The notes under the pieces: model-generated
Seen by the model: the letters and a program-made list of their open reading frames with translations, nothing else
Told to the model about the DNA's origin: nothing
The model's database searches: none
Made by a program: the position numbers and the translations under genes
Shown here: positions 1 to 13,455 of the stretch, piece after piece
Numbering within the stretch: the stretch's first letter is position 1
How the letters are laid out: every line of letters starts with the position of its first letter
NCBI RefSeq assembly: GCF_000400465.1
Contig: NW_008806275.1
Span: 588,156-650,155, forward strand
Reading direction: 5' to 3'
Length of the DNA: 62,000 nucleotides
Source of the DNA: Wallemia ichthyophaga EXF-994
Taxonomy: Eukaryota > Fungi > Basidiomycota

Positions 1-2521
1 AGTAGTCTTATGTGTGGCGCCACTCACTCTTTCCTTCTGCTGCTGCATTCTAATGAATGGGTTTGTAGACTCCTTTTCTTGTGAACTAGCTTGTGGTTGA
101 GGTTGTAGTTGGGGCGGCTGAGGTGAAGGTGGAGCTGGGGCCGGAGCTGGAGGTGCTGGAGCTGCTTGTGGCGATAGAGAGGGTACTGTAGGAGCAGCAG
201 GAGCAGCAGGTATGGAGAGCTGGGGGGATGGGACAGCGCGCGGCACGCTAGCCGGGGTCGGGATAGGAGCTGGTGGAGCAGGAGCAGGAGCAGGTGTCGC
301 CGCCTCTGCAGCCTGTCTAGCATCGCCCTCAGCGCGCAATCTAGCCTGGCGCTCCTTAAATTTCTTCTCCGCTTCTTCTAACTCCTTCTCTTCGTCCTGG
401 AGCGCTTTCATACGCGCCTCCTTAGCTTTCCTGCGCTGCTCCAACAGTTCGTCTTCCGGATCGGCGGGTGGAGCAGGACCAGGAGCAGGTGGTGTTGGGA
501 CGGCAGCTTTGCTCGTCTGCGCACCCGGTGCAGGACGTCTCGAAGGGGGTGGAGGGGGTGGTTTCTTACCAGCGGGCTGACTCTTTTCTGGAGCTGGAGT
601 TGGCTCAGCTGCTTTAGCTGGTTCAGGGGCTGGTGCAGCTTGTGTGGCTGCATTACGCGCGCCCTTCTCCTCCTCCACCCGCCTCAACCTCTCCTGCTCT
701 CTTTTCAACCTAGCCTCGTCCTCCATCTGGGCACGTTCGCCCGCCTCTTTCTTCTCTCGCTCGAGACGTTCCTGCACGCTCTCGGTCTCGCCCGTCGACG
801 TCTCTTCGCCCCCACCCACACCGAGCGCTTTGAGACGCTCCTGAACGCGTTTCTGTGCTTCGTTCTGAATAAAATTCTTGCGCGCCTCGGCTGACATGCC
901 ACGTAAATTCATGCTGCTGTTGCTGTTGCTGCCAGTGGGCTGAGCGGACTGCGCAGGCACGGGAGGTGGGCTCTTGGCTGAGGTGTCAACCTCTTTCGGC
1001 TGAGCTGGGGGTGGTGGTGGTGGTGGTGTCTTGTGTGCCACGCGTGGTGGCTTGTCGTCGTATGTGCTGCGCATGTATCCACGAGCTGGTACACTGTCCC
1101 TTTCACCTTCATATTCTCGATCATAGTCTCGGTCGTAGTCGCGCTCACGCTCACGGCGTCTTGCGTATGGCGAGGAGGACGAACCACGGCGGTAATACTC
1201 GTCGCGCTCTTCTTCCTCGCTATCGCGATACCTCCTATAACGGTCGTTGCGGTGATCCCTATAGCGTACCGCTTCCCTCTCTGTTTCTTTCTTGCGCCCT
1301 TGTGCCCTTTCCATCCGCTTCTCCACTTCAGGTAGTCGCTCATGCATCAAATATAGCAACTCCCTTTCGAGCTGACGTCTCTCCTGGTCTTTCTCGCGCG
1401 AGGGTCTTCCTGAGCCAACGAAATCTAAATCATCTTGCACTCTCCTGATGGAATACTTAAGATCATCCATATCACGCTCCAGTTCATCATCATCTTCGGT
1501 GCGGTGGCCGGAAAGTGTCGTCTCCTTGTCTAGCCTGGCGGAGGTGTTGGCGAGCTCGCGCTTCATGTCTTGTAGATCAGAAGTGGGGGAGTTATCTGAG
1601 TGTCGGACGTTGCGTCTGTCGATATGGCGTGATGAAGACTTGTAAGTAGACGAAGCAGCCTCGTTGTCGTCGTGCTTATAAATCGACGCGTCAGATCTAG
1701 CAGATGGGAATTGAGGGGAAGTGATACGTTGGTGGTTATCGTGTTTGAGAATATCTTTGAGTATGTCTACCTGTAGATTGAGATCTTTGGAAGAAGGAGG
1801 GATGAGTTCATCGGGTAGCTCGTCTGGGATAGGGTTACCATTGAGGCCTGTGATGGTGTAAGCTAAACAGTCAAAGTAAGTTTAAAACGGATAACTCACG
1901 CCTATAAACCAAAGCCATAGCGACGTGGAACTCAGCCAAGTTTAACTTGCCTCTATTCTCAATGTCAGCCAAGTTCCAGATCATCATGAGGTCATCGGAA
2001 GCCAGACCAGATTGACCAAAGACGTCTCTAGCCTGGTCACCCGAAATGAAGCCTGTTGAATGAGAATCCCAGGCTTTAAAAATTTGGTCATAGTTGCGCT
2101 TCTCGTCGCGAGACAATTTCCAGGGAATCTTGGGTGGAGCGGGAGCGTGCTGGAATGATTGGGGGAGGCTGTTTCCAAAGGGACTAGCATTAGGGAGAAG
2201 GGATTGGGTCATCATATTAAGCTGATTGTAAGATTGGGGAGATTGCCAACCAGTTGGCTGCGGTTGGAGAAAGCTGGAAGATTGCTGGGGCTGGGGCTGT
2301 GGCTGAATAAAAGAGGTTTGCTGGGGCTGTAGAGGGTAGCCAGTGGGCTGTGGTCTTTGAAAGCCAGTAGGCTGTGGCTGTTGCCAGCCAGTGGGTTGAG
2401 GCTGCTGCCAGCCGGTTTGTTGAGATTGTAGGGGAGATGGCTGAGATGGCTGCTGCCAACCAGTCAAATACGGCGTCTGCGTCGGTGGCGGTGGGTATCC
2501 CGAATTGAAATTATTGTTCAT
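1..2521 (-). CDS. PAN1: Pan1-like actin cytoskeleton/endocytosis EH-domain protein (3' end runs off window)
   Basis: QPTG(W/F/Y) repeats, then an EH domain (IPWKLSRDEKRNYDQIFKAWD...LNLAEFHVAMALVYRR). Intron 1848-1899 restores YRRLNGNPIPDELP. Coiled-coil and Pro-rich C-terminal part, with a further GTGAGT donor near position 28. Confidence 0.85.
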
Positions 2522-2562
2522 GATGATGGTCGTGTGCTGTTAGTGCTCCACCACCAACAAAA

Positions 2563-4870
2563 ATGGAGATTGACAAGGAAAATAAAATGGGAATAAAGCG
2601 TAAAGGTTAGTGGTTGTGCTTTTAGGCTGGTAGATCTTTATTGAATACCCTTAGACACGTCTAACGCGACAATAACGCCAAACAAGAAGCAAAAGAGATC
2701 AATTATAGAGTACAAGAATAAGCTTGTTTTTAAGCAGAAACCTTTAAATCTTAGTAAGAATACAAAAACATTACAATCACTCCTAGATTTCCATCAATTC
2801 CTTTCGAGCTTAAATGATAATCTTAATCAAATACCTTCAAATCACTTGCAATTAATCTCAATTCTAACACATGAATCTGACAAACAACTCAATGACCTCA
2901 TTAAACATGTTAAATCTCAAATTAAACCTTCAAATTTCAAGTTTGATATCACCCAATCTGCTTTACAATCTGCAATAAAAGAGGTTGCTCAATTCAAGAA
3001 TTATGGTTTAGAGGGCGATGACCTACCAAACACTTTAAAGCTCTTCAAATGGGAAGTTAACAACCTCGATCACCTTCCCCTTGACTCTCTCGATTCACTT
3101 AAACAAAGACGTTTTGATAGAGAGTTTTCTCAGCAAAAGCTGTTCGAGTCAATTGAAGGTGTCGATAGATGTGATCTAGAAACTTTCTTATCGCATGCTG
3201 CTTCTGTCCCGACTCCAGCTCTCGACAGATCCAAGAAAGAAGACGAAAAGCGTAGGAAGGATGAGGAGAAAGCCGAGGACAAGCGTAAAAAAGACGAGGA
3301 GAAGCAGCGCAAAGAAGCTGAGAAGCAAGAAGAAAAGCAGCGTAAAGAAGACGAGAAGCAAGACGAAAAGCAGCGCAAAGAAGACGAGAAACAGAAAAAG
3401 GAAGATGAGAAGAATGACAAGATAGCAGCCGCTAATCAGAAGAAAGAAAAACAGTCAAGCGCATTTAAAGGGTTCTTCAGTAAAGTCGCTACACCCAAAA
3501 AGCACCTGTCTCCATCTAAAGATGTTTCAGATTTTCACAAGACATTCAAACCATTCCATCTCAAACAAGGTTTTGAAATGGCACCAATCAACGCCTTCAA
3601 CCCAGCTCAATTTGATGATTTATGGGATACTATCAACAAAGCAACACCAGATGACATAACACTCTCATCTTCTCTATCAGAAATACCTAAATGGAAAATA
3701 ATAAAAAAGAATCCAGCTGTTGCCAGCAAACACGTTCCATCCAACACCAAGATAGCACCTCCAGTAGATTTGAGACTGATCATGCAACAGCTATCAGAAG
3801 CAGAGGTAGGCGGCGATGAGGACCAAACAACCGACATACTTGAATCCTTCAAAACAAGATTCAGGGGTAAAGTCAAGCACAAGCTTCTCGAGTATCACGA
3901 AGACTATAGACCTGGCTGGTGGGGGACGTGCACCAAGTCATCTTCGACAATTGGTCCACGTCGGCCACTAGCTAAAGATGCACTACAATTTGACTACACT
4001 TATGACTCTGAAGTGGAGTGGGGTGAGGAGGAGCAAGACGAAAAGGGCGAAGAGATTCAATCTCAGCCTGGTTCTGACGATGAGAAGGACAAGGACAACG
4101 ACTCAGATGCTGACAGCTGGCTTGTTAGCGATACTGAAGATGTTGGATTAGAGGGTGTTGATCTCGATAATGTCGACAATGTTGATAGTGTCAATAGTCT
4201 CAATATACCACCAGACCTCAAAACTGATGATCCTATTGATAATGCTATCGCGGCAGAGAAGCGCAACGAGCGTGCGAAAGCCAAGAAGAAGAACAAGTCG
4301 AAAAAACCGAACCAGCCATCTAAACCTTATATTAGTGGGTTGAAGTGGGAGTCTGAGGATGGTCAGATAACATATCCGCCGTTCATGACATACCAGATAA
4401 GGTTCTTTAATGGTGTGTGGGAGTATTTGATAAATGAATAAACTGACACGTGATCAGATGCACAAGTATCGGTGAATCCAAAAGAGTTTGTTAGTCAGTT
4501 CAAGCCAACATTGGTGACGCAACAACAACAACAACAACAACAACAGCCGATGCAAGCAGAATCAAGCGCAACAGGAGAAAAAGTCGACGGCGACTCGAAA
4601 ACACCCTCGAAAGAAACATCAACAACGCAAGGGAAAATAACGAGTATACCAGAGACACATATCCAATTGTTTGCATCTGTAGTGGAAAATTCAACAAAAT
4701 CGCGTATATTGCTAGTAGAGGAGCTGCGTCAGAAGTTCAGTGAGGTGCATAATGGGCCAAAGATTCCCAAGACGGCGATAGAGTCTATGTTAACGACAAA
4801 TGCGCGAAGAGAAGGCAAGAAAGTCAACTCGCTTTGGCATGTAACAGATAATATAAAACATGACGTGTAA
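2563..4870 (+). CDS. RLF2: Chromatin assembly factor 1 large subunit (CAF1A/p90/Cac1)
   Basis: KER coiled-coil, then KLLEYHEDYRPGWWGT...DYTYDSEVEW.EE and an acidic tract (CAF1A domain), with a WHD-like C-terminus. Short introns after MEIDKENKMGIKRK and near 4413-4460. Start could alternatively be ATG 2587. Confidence 0.88.
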
Positions 4871-4952
4871 ACATGCAAAAAGATAAATTGAAGCTATTTA
4901 TTAGGTTTTCAGCTCTCACTTGAACTGAACTCAACTAATAACGCATATAGCC

Positions 4953-5241
4953 ATGGATGCGAGCGGTGTGTTTGGGAATGATTATATAACCAACAAGGAG
5001 ACCTTGCTGGATTTCGACGAGAAGGAGAGCACTACTACGATAATGCTCCCGAGTACAAGCCAAGGCATCGATAAGGATAGGCCAAAGTTGGTGAATCCAA
5101 ATGAGGAGCTTGGGAGTGAGTCGGCTTGGATTTGCTGTGAAACAAGATTAATGACGCTAATTTCTCATTGCAGATGAAGAAGTACTCAAGCCACACCTCA
5201 AGGATTTACTGAGAGTGATGCTAATCGCAAACGTAGAATGA
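4953..5241 (+). CDS. Small hypothetical protein (~76 aa)
   Basis: ATG in ccATGg context. A GTGAGT...ctaat...TTGCAG intron at 5116-5173 joins to NEEVLKPHLKDLLRVMLIANVE*. No family recognised. Confidence 0.5.
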
Positions 5242-5559
5242 TGAAATATCTATACCAATCAGCGTGTAATTCACATGTACACAAATACCTTTTGTATAAT
5301 TGGGATATTGCGCTAGAGATGGGACTGGGAATTGGACACACCAACGAGTCGCGTACTCACAATACTATCCATACACACCTAAATCCCACGCATTCAAGCC
5401 GATCCGATAAAAGCGAAGAGAGTCAGACAGGCTGCGCATCTGGCAATGACGATTGTATGTCTAAGTCGAAGTGGTCACGAGGTTTGATCTGTGGGATATT
5501 TAAAGGGAGACACTTTGGCATACGACAATCAACTCAACTAGTACAAACATAATCATATA

Positions 5560-5859
5560 ATGTCAGAGTGAGTATTCGTATGTATCCACTACACCCCCCA
5601 CTCACACCCAATCTCCAGACCAGCAAGACGCGATTTTCTCGACCAAACAAGGTCCACCATGAAGCCAGACTCGCAAAAGACTTACACAGAATCAGCTTCT
5701 GATAACGTCAAGTCCATGTCTGACAATGTTGCATCGAAAATGCAGCCAGAGGATGACAAGTCCATGCCACAACAAGCTCACGATTCTATGACCGAGGGCG
5801 CCGACACTAAGAGACGTGGATCACTAATGGACAAATTGCAAAACGCATTCCAGAAGTGA
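5560..5859 (+). CDS. HSP12: Heat shock protein 9/12 family (LEA-like stress protein)
   Basis: Spliced (intron 5568-5618) product MSEPARRDFLDQTRSTMKPDSQKTYTE...VASKMQPEDDKS..Q.AHDS matches the HSP12 KPDSQKS...QPE..K...Q..HDS signature. Confidence 0.88.
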
Positions 5860-6142
5860 ACACATTCCACATAACATAAATGTACGACATGCCACCACTC
5901 CAGTTTAACGACTACGAATACGAATAAGAATTTTAAGAATTTTAAGAATTGTAATTGAATTGACATACGTCTAATGTGGAAACTTTTTATATCATTTTGT
6001 CTATCTTTGTTAGAAGTTTGAGTTAAAAGTAATGAGAAGTAAAAACTCAGGATATGAGGAAGTGTAAGAGGTAAAAGTTGAAGATATTGAATGGGTATGA
6101 TAACTTTGTGCTTGGTTAGTAACACTAGCAGTACTAGCCACA

Positions 6143-7357
6143 TCAGCAAATAGGCTTGAACGTCATTATTTCTTCGAATAATAGTTCTATGAGATCTGTC
6201 AGTTTGCTCACCTAAAATGCTCATAACCTACGTTTTAACTCTTCCTTTGAAATAACGTCTTTGCGATGATCAAATTCGAAGAAAGATGCATCTAGTGGTG
6301 GTGCCGATGGTTCGTCCTCTGGGTCATGATATGCAGATAAATAAGGATGTGAGAGGCATTCCTCAACAGACATTCTAGATTTGGGGCTGAAAGTAAGAGT
6401 CTTTGCTAAAAAGTCAACAGCTTCTGGGCTGGCGTCTGGGAAAAGTTGGCTGAATGATCTCTTCTTTCTAAAAGGCAAAGCTCTGATATAATCTCTGGAG
6501 CGTCTAGAGCTGATTGCATAGAATTCATCGAGCGTTGGTGTACCAAGGACATCCAAAATCAGTGTCAACTGGTGATGATAGTCTCTACCAGGGAATAATG
6601 GTCTACCAGAGAGCATTTCGGCGAGGATGCAACCTACGCTCCAAATGTCAATAGCGGAGGTATATTGCTTGAAAGTAAGCATAATTTCAGGAGCTCTGTA
6701 CCATCTCGTAGCGACATACTCCGTCATGAAACCCGTCTCACAGCCAGGCTCAGCCGTTTGTGTCGACCTAGCCAAACCAAAGTCACAGACCTTGAGATCG
6801 CAATTTGCGTTGAGAAGCAGGTTCGATGGTTTGAGGTCTCTGTGGATAACATCAGCGCTGTGCATAGCCTTGAGAGCTCTACAGGTTTGATAAACAAAAT
6901 ACTGAGCGTGATCGTCGCTCAAGTCCTGAGTTCTGATTACTCTATGTAAATCCGTTTCCATCAGTTCTTGAATGAGGTAGACTTCTTTGAAATTTGGATA
7001 ATCCTTTGGCTTTATCATGTCTAAAACAGAAATTATATTCTCAGAGACATTTTGCTGCTGGAAGTATTTGAGCAGCTTAAGTTCTCTAAGCGTACGCAGG
7101 AGGAACATCTGATGCATCAATGGCTCAATCTTCTTGATGGCTACTTTATGGCCGCTCGGGCGGTGTATAGCAGAGCAAACAACGCCGTAAGCGCCTTCGC
7201 CGATGACATCCAGCCTGAGAGTAGATGAGTTGCGTGTAAATGAATATAAATCCACTCACACTTGGTATTTAGTCCCAACGCTGAATTTAATTCTTCTTTG
7301 CTGCGATTGCTGCTGCTGTAGTTGCTGCTGGCTTTGGCTTTGTTGGGTGGTGGCCAT
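6143..7357 (-). CDS. Fus3/Kss1 (Kpp2)-type MAP kinase
   Basis: IGEGAYGVV, HRDLKPSNLLLN, DFGLAR, activation loop TEY (MTEYVATRWYRAPEIMLTFK). Introns after KYQV and before LLFEEIMTFKPIC*. Confidence 0.95.
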
Positions 7358-7375
7358 TGTTCGGGTGCAACAGCC

Positions 7376-10216
7376 ATGAGCAATTCCCGCAGAGCATATC
7401 ACACAGAAGATATTTATACAAAGCAGGACTTTATCAAAGAAAACGAGGATTCGGATTTCGATAGCTTTAGCCCGTATAATCAGCAGCAACAGCAGCAGCA
7501 GCGAGAGCAGCACCAACGAGAGCAATTCCAGGATGGTGATGTTCCTCTCAATCCATTAACCCAGCGTATTCCACATACCGCTGGTAAAATATTCTCAAAC
7601 CCAATAAAGCCAAAGATCAACCCAGATCTTCTTCCTTCCCCGGTTGACTCTTTGGCGAGCCAGATACAGCAATCAGACGCTAATTTAAACGCTGACTATA
7701 TCCTATCTACATTGGATGTTCACCAGACTTCTCTCCCTTCCGCTTCTATCCCCTTCAACTGCACAGACAACGGCTACTCATCTCCTAACCTACTCCGTTT
7801 ATCCACCTACGCGATACCAGCCACTAATGACCTCGCAAGAAGCTGCCAGCTGCCACTTGGCATGGTTATAAGCCCTTTCAGCGATAGACCCGCGTCCCAG
7901 ATTCCCCAGATTCACTCTTTTTCCAACTCTCAGTCTGGTCCACCACGCTGCACGCTTTGCAGGGCATACGTAAATCCTTCAGTCAAGTTTATAAATGGCG
8001 GTAAATACTGGCAATGTAATTTGTGTTCCACCCACAACGCTGTAGACGACGATTATTTCTCTGCACTCGATCCACACACCTACACACGCTTAGATAGGGA
8101 GCACAGGCCTGAGTTTAACTTTGGCAGCGTTGACTTTGTTCTTCCAAGACCTTACTATGCACTCCAACCCCCTCCACCTATCGGTTTCGAATCTGCCTAC
8201 ACTGAGACACCACGCCCCCCAACCCAACTTTCAAGACTGTTCTTGATAGACGTAGGATTGCAATCACGCCAATCTGGTCTCCTCCACACGCTCTCACTCA
8301 CCATAAAAGACGCGCTCTACTCCTCCCCCACTCCCCTCAACACTCCTTATGTTGGTTTCATTACGTATGACTCTACACTCCACTTCCACGATATGTCAGC
8401 TGAACGTGAGGTGCCATCGCTGATGATAGTCCCTGACACCGACGAGCCCTTCAATCCGCTAGCAAGAGGACTCATAGTCGATGTGAATGCATCCAAGCAC
8501 AACATCCTCTCATTCCTTGCCAGTCTTCCTACAATGTTCCGTGATACGAACCCACGAGGTTCCATACTAGGTTCAGCGCTGACGGCCGCCATGGATGTCT
8601 TACGGGAGGTAGGTGGCGAGGTGAATGTGTTCCAGTCGCAGCTCCCCACTGACGGACTTGGTGGACTGACTGAGCGCGACCCCGCACCCGGCGGCACGGC
8701 CTCAGTCAGTGAGCGCGACCGTTCTCTTTACACGAGCGCGAGTACCTGGTGGTCGAACCTATCTGAGTCTCTCACGGACGCCGGTGTCGGAGTGAACATG
8801 TTTATGTTCCCCTACAAATACACCGACGTAGGTACTCTCGCCGCCCTCGCGCAGTACACTGGGGGTGAGTCGTACTTCTACCCCAAATTCGATCCGGCGC
8901 GCCACGCGCTCAAGGTGCGGGCGGACCTGACGCGCATTGCTACGCGTGCACTGGGGTATAATGCAAGTGTAAAAATAAGGTGCAGCAAGGGTTTCCACAT
9001 CTCACAGCACCACGGCGCTTTCCTAGACCGCAGCTCAGATCTGACCATGGGGTGCGTGTCGGCCGACAGCTGCATGAGCGCTCTCTTCGCTCACGATGCA
9101 TCCTCCCTCACCAAGGGGTGGGGTACAGTGGCGGCTAATGCGCTGCAGTCCGCCAAAGAGAAGGATGAGAGCGGTGGTCATGGGCAGGCGGATGAGGTGC
9201 ATTTCCAGGTCGCAGTGCTCTATACCGGTGCAGAAGGCGCGAGGAAGGTACGCGTACTTAATACCATGGCTAAATTGTCAGATGTAGCTGCAACCGTCTT
9301 TCGTCATGCCGATGTGGATGCCGGGGCTGTACTTCTGTACAAACAGGCTGCCGCTCACGTCATTAGTCGCCCCCTCGGCAGTATTCGCGATAAACTCATC
9401 GATCGCTCTGTGCAGGTGCTCGTGGCTTATCGCAAGCACTGCGCTCAGTCGAACAAAGGCGGTCAGGTGGGTTTGTCGCTTTCTTAGTTGATTAATCTAA
9501 TTTGTTGCCTTCTTCCTCCTACAGCTCATCCTGCCAGAAAGCTACAAACAATTTCCAATTCTTACACTTGGGATGATTAAATCTAAGTGCTTGAAAGGTG
9601 GCGCGGTGGCTTCGGATGTGCGCTCACATGCTATTCGACAAACTCTGAGTGGTACACCCTATAAACTGCTCCAAGCTATGTATCCTCGTGTTCATCCTCT
9701 TCATAAAGGGGTCGAGAGTGTGCCAGAATTCATCCGCGCAAGCTACAAGCGCCTAGAACTTCATGGAGCATATCTGATTCGTAGGTGGTATGAAGAAAAA
9801 CGACGTCATCTTAACTCAGCAACCCAGATAACGGTGAATTAGCAATCATATGGCTCGGTAATCATGTCGATAAGCAGATTGTCAAAGAAATATGGAATGT
9901 CGAATCCAAATCACAGATAGATCAACGATTGGGAGTATTACCTGATTTAGACACACCACTCTCTATAGCATTGCGCTCAGTCATCTACAGAGCTTCATAT
10001 CCTAACCCACCATCATCGATACCCGTCTTGATCGCTAGGCAGGATGTGGATCCTACTGAAATTGAAGTTGGAAATATGTTGATAGAGGATGATAATAATG
10101 ATGGCATGTCTTATGTGGATCATATTTGCCATATCCACAAACTCATCAATACACAACTTCTCGGTGAAACTCGTATGGCTGATGCTGCCGATGCGGCAAC
10201 ATGGCGTACTTGGTGA
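7376..10216 (+). CDS. SEC24: COPII cargo adaptor Sec24 (Sec24C/D/Sfb3-like)
   Basis: Zn finger GPPRCTLCRAYVNP...WQCNLC, trunk, beta-sandwich (VKIRCSKG), helical (GQ|LILPESYK) and gelsolin (LIHNGELAIIWLG) domains, ending IEDDNNDGMSYVDHICHIH. Two short introns. Confidence 0.93.
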
Positions 10217-10351
10217 GGTCGGTATATTTTGTCCAATTTTCACTTTACTCCGAAAATAAATGCTTTTGCACAGAATGCACTGCAAATAATGAAAGTATAA
10301 ATGAATTTACAACGAAGGGATAGGTATACATAGCAACGGAAATACTCGCCA

Positions 10352-10371
10352 GTGTGTGTGTGTGTGTGTGT
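10352..10371. repeat. (GT)n microsatellite
   Basis: About 10 GT units between convergent SEC24 and RAS1. Confidence 0.8.
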
Positions 10372-10652
10372 TGATTGATTGTGTGGTGTTGGTTGTGAAA
10401 CATTGTGAGCATCATCGTGAAAGATTTCAAAGTGTAAAGGTTAATGAAGAGCCCGAGAAAAATAAGCATTGGAGTGTGTGTTCCAACCCTTTGATTAACG
10501 TCTTTTTGAAGGCATAAGATAAGACAGAAGTGAGTAAAACTTTGTAAAAAGAGCTAGTGTAGGATAAGTGAGCCAAAGAATAAGTTGCAGGATGATTTTG
10601 TTTAGGAATATCGGACTTGTTTCTTGTGTTGTTTGTTTTCATGTTTTGTTGA

Positions 10653-11484
10653 TTAAAGTACAACGCATCCACCACAACAACCAGCTTCTTTTGGTTTACC
10701 GTTGTCATGTTGCATACTTTCCATCTGGTTAGGTGTAGTTGGATTCTTTACACCAGTTTGATCCCTATGATATAATCTAATCTCTCTAACGAGATTGTAA
10801 AATGCGTCATCGACGTTAATGCGCTGTTTCGCAGAAGTTTCAATAAATCTGCAACCAAAGTTTTTAGCCAATTGGCGACCTTCATTAGAGCCAACTTGAC
10901 GCTCAAATTCCAAATCTGCTTTATTAGCAACGAGGACCATAGGGAAGAAGTCCTTATCCTTTACGCGGAGTATTTGCTGATGGAAGGTCTCAATTTCTAG
11001 TAAGTGTGAGTAATAAAAAAACGCTCTCAAAGCAAACGCAGAAACACACCTTCAAAACTGTTTCGACTTGTAATTGAGTAGACTAGTAAAAATCCTTCAC
11101 CTGTACGCATGTACTGCTCTCTCATAGCAGAGTACTCCTCTTGGCCAGCAGTGTCCAACACGTCAAGTAGAGCTGGCTCTGCGTCTATTTGGCATTGCTT
11201 CCTGTAGCTATCCTCAATCGTTGGATCGTATTCATCTACGAAGTGTGATTGAATGAATTGAATCGTAAGGGCAGATTTGCCGACGCCTATTTGAACGCGT
11301 AAGAAGGATGTTAGGCTAAACCGCCAATAACACTTACCACCACCACCGACAACGACTATAACAATTTAAGCAATCAGTCTTCTACGTAAGCCAATCTACT
11401 AACCTAACTTGTATTCCTTTGGTACTATTTGAATATGTAAGTCAATTTTCACATCTCATTATCAATTTACCCACCTCCTGCCAT
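10653..11484 (-). CDS. RAS1: Ras1 small GTPase
   Basis: Spliced [53 protein letters not shown], and C-terminal CCGGCVVL CaaX. Confidence 0.96.
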
Positions 11485-11610
11485 TATTTATTTTCAATTC
11501 TAGAAGTCTTGTTGCTCGGTCCAACAAGCGAGTACATGTAAATCCAGAAGATGAAAATTGTTTAAAATTTAAATTAATTTTACTCAATTTTAACAAAACT
11601 CATTTTCGAA

Positions 11611-13047
11611 TTAATTCGTCGCCTTCTTCTTGTTGTTCTTCTTTGGTCTCAGTGCTGCTTGCGACAATTGCTTCGTTTCTTCATCTGGTTGCTTTTCTGA
11701 CTTGATTACGTCTGGCTTGTACCATGATGGTGGGTGCGTTAATCTTATTGGTCCATTCTTCGTTATTCCAACTGTGAAGAAGAATTGCGCAACTGTCTCA
11801 TCTGTCTTGTCAACGCATACATCAAATGGTGTAAGCAAATTGTGTTGTGCTGCTTCTTGTACACCCAATCTCGCTCTCTTCTCATCCTCTAACATACGGA
11901 TGTTGAATGGGAATGATCCTGACTTCTTTTGGATCTCAGAGTATACTCTTCTGGCGGTGGCCAACTTAAGAATGTAAGTCTGGTCTGTACGCTTGAACAC
12001 TGTGGTTTGGTAGCTTGATTCTTTTGGCTGTTGAGGGAATGTCAGAAAATTTTCACTCTGAACCTCACCCTAATCACCTTATTTTCCTGGTTCGTAGAAA
12101 CGAGCACATCCACACCATAAACCTCACCTTCTTCGAAAGTGTGAGTACCTAAATCTGACTTTTGTTGTGGGTTTCCGTTGAGAATGATTCTCTTCTTTCC
12201 GTCAATAACATTTTGAGTCATTTGACATGAGAGCATGCCTGAATAAATTGTGAGTTGCGTGAGGTCTGAAGAATGATTGCTCACCTTCAACTGGTGCAGT
12301 TTCGAAAGCTTTTGTGGCCTTGCTGACGGTGTCACTCACTGTCCAGTTCTTCTCGCCAACCTGAAGTTGTGGGTTTAGAAGGGCAATGAGATAGCCAAGA
12401 CTCAGCAAACCTTCATTTGACGGATAGAAGCTTCAGCTGCGTACCAAGCGGCTTGGATAACGTCTGCTTTACGACCGGATACAGGGTTTTGAGCAGTAGC
12501 GCCAACTACGATGGTTTCAGCAGCGATACTAGCGAAGCCATCGACTAAGAAGTTCGTTGTGAGTATGAGACATTAGATATAAAGATAAGCTTACTGTGTG
12601 CACCCAATTGAATCTTAACAACATCACCATCCTTCAAACTGACAGAGTTAGTGTCTGGATCAGAAGCAAGTGGGGAAAAGTGTGAAATGACGTTGTTAAC
12701 GTTTACGCAGGTTGGGAATGAAACACCCTTTGTTGGAATTGGTTTTTTGTTGTTGAACACCTTTCCAGCTTCTTGATTGATGAAAGCGTCTGTGGAAGTG
12801 CAAAGGTCAATGACTTTGGCATCTTTTACAGACTTTATAACAATTTGATCAAAAGCGCGCTTTACAATGTCTGCAGCAACTTTGTGTCTAATGTACTGTG
12901 AGCTTTTCCTAATCAAGTAGACAGACGCTTCAGCCTACTTTGTGATCCTACAAGAGGCTTTAGTGGTAAAAATTAGTTCCACATTTCAACCCACGTAATA
13001 TCGTTAAGTCCTGTAACGTCTTCAACTTTCTTGTCTTGTTCGCTCAT
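11611..13047 (-). CDS. Proliferation-associated 2G4/Ebp1/Cdb4 (inactive MetAP fold)
   Basis: KYKVAADIV, KGVSFPTCVNVNNVISHFSP, LKDGDVVKIQLG, EEGEVYGVD, FPFNIR, AQFFFTV, and a Lys-rich C-terminal tail. Several introns. Confidence 0.9.
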
Positions 13048-13455
13048 TTTAGATTTGAAGAGAGAGGATTGCAATTTCAGCTATTCGTCTCCAAAAATTC
13101 ACATTTTACGTCAATAAATTCTTCAACTCTTTCTATTAATTCTCACTGCCTCGCCAAGCACGCTTTACTTGCTGAACTTTCTTTTGATCTATCTCACTTC
13201 ACGCACTCATTCTAGTCCAATTTCGGACCAAATTGACCATTACCAAATATAATGCGAAGTTACTTTTGAGGCTAAAACGTGATTCATTGATCGCATCCAC
13301 CATTTTCGGTCACTATTGGCCAGGAAGACTTGATTTCGTCCAAAGTGTTCCTGCGCTTGAATAGAGAAATAAAAACATCCCAGATGAAGAGCTTAGAATT
13401 TTTGAATTGATACACAATAAGAGTTTTTACCACAAATTACCTACTTATTTCAGTT

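Noticed and set aside
3230-3420. Tandem GACGAGAAGCAG-like repeats
   Set aside because: They encode the normal K/E/R-rich coiled coil of CAF1A and are not a mobile element or CRISPR-like array.
5238-5552. 104-aa ORF upstream of HSP12
   Set aside because: It overlaps the stop of the small upstream gene, has no domain, and occupies the likely HSP12 promoter.
5926-5950. (AAGAATTTT)n short tandem repeat after HSP12
   Set aside because: About three units in an AT-rich 3' UTR region, consistent with ordinary slippage.
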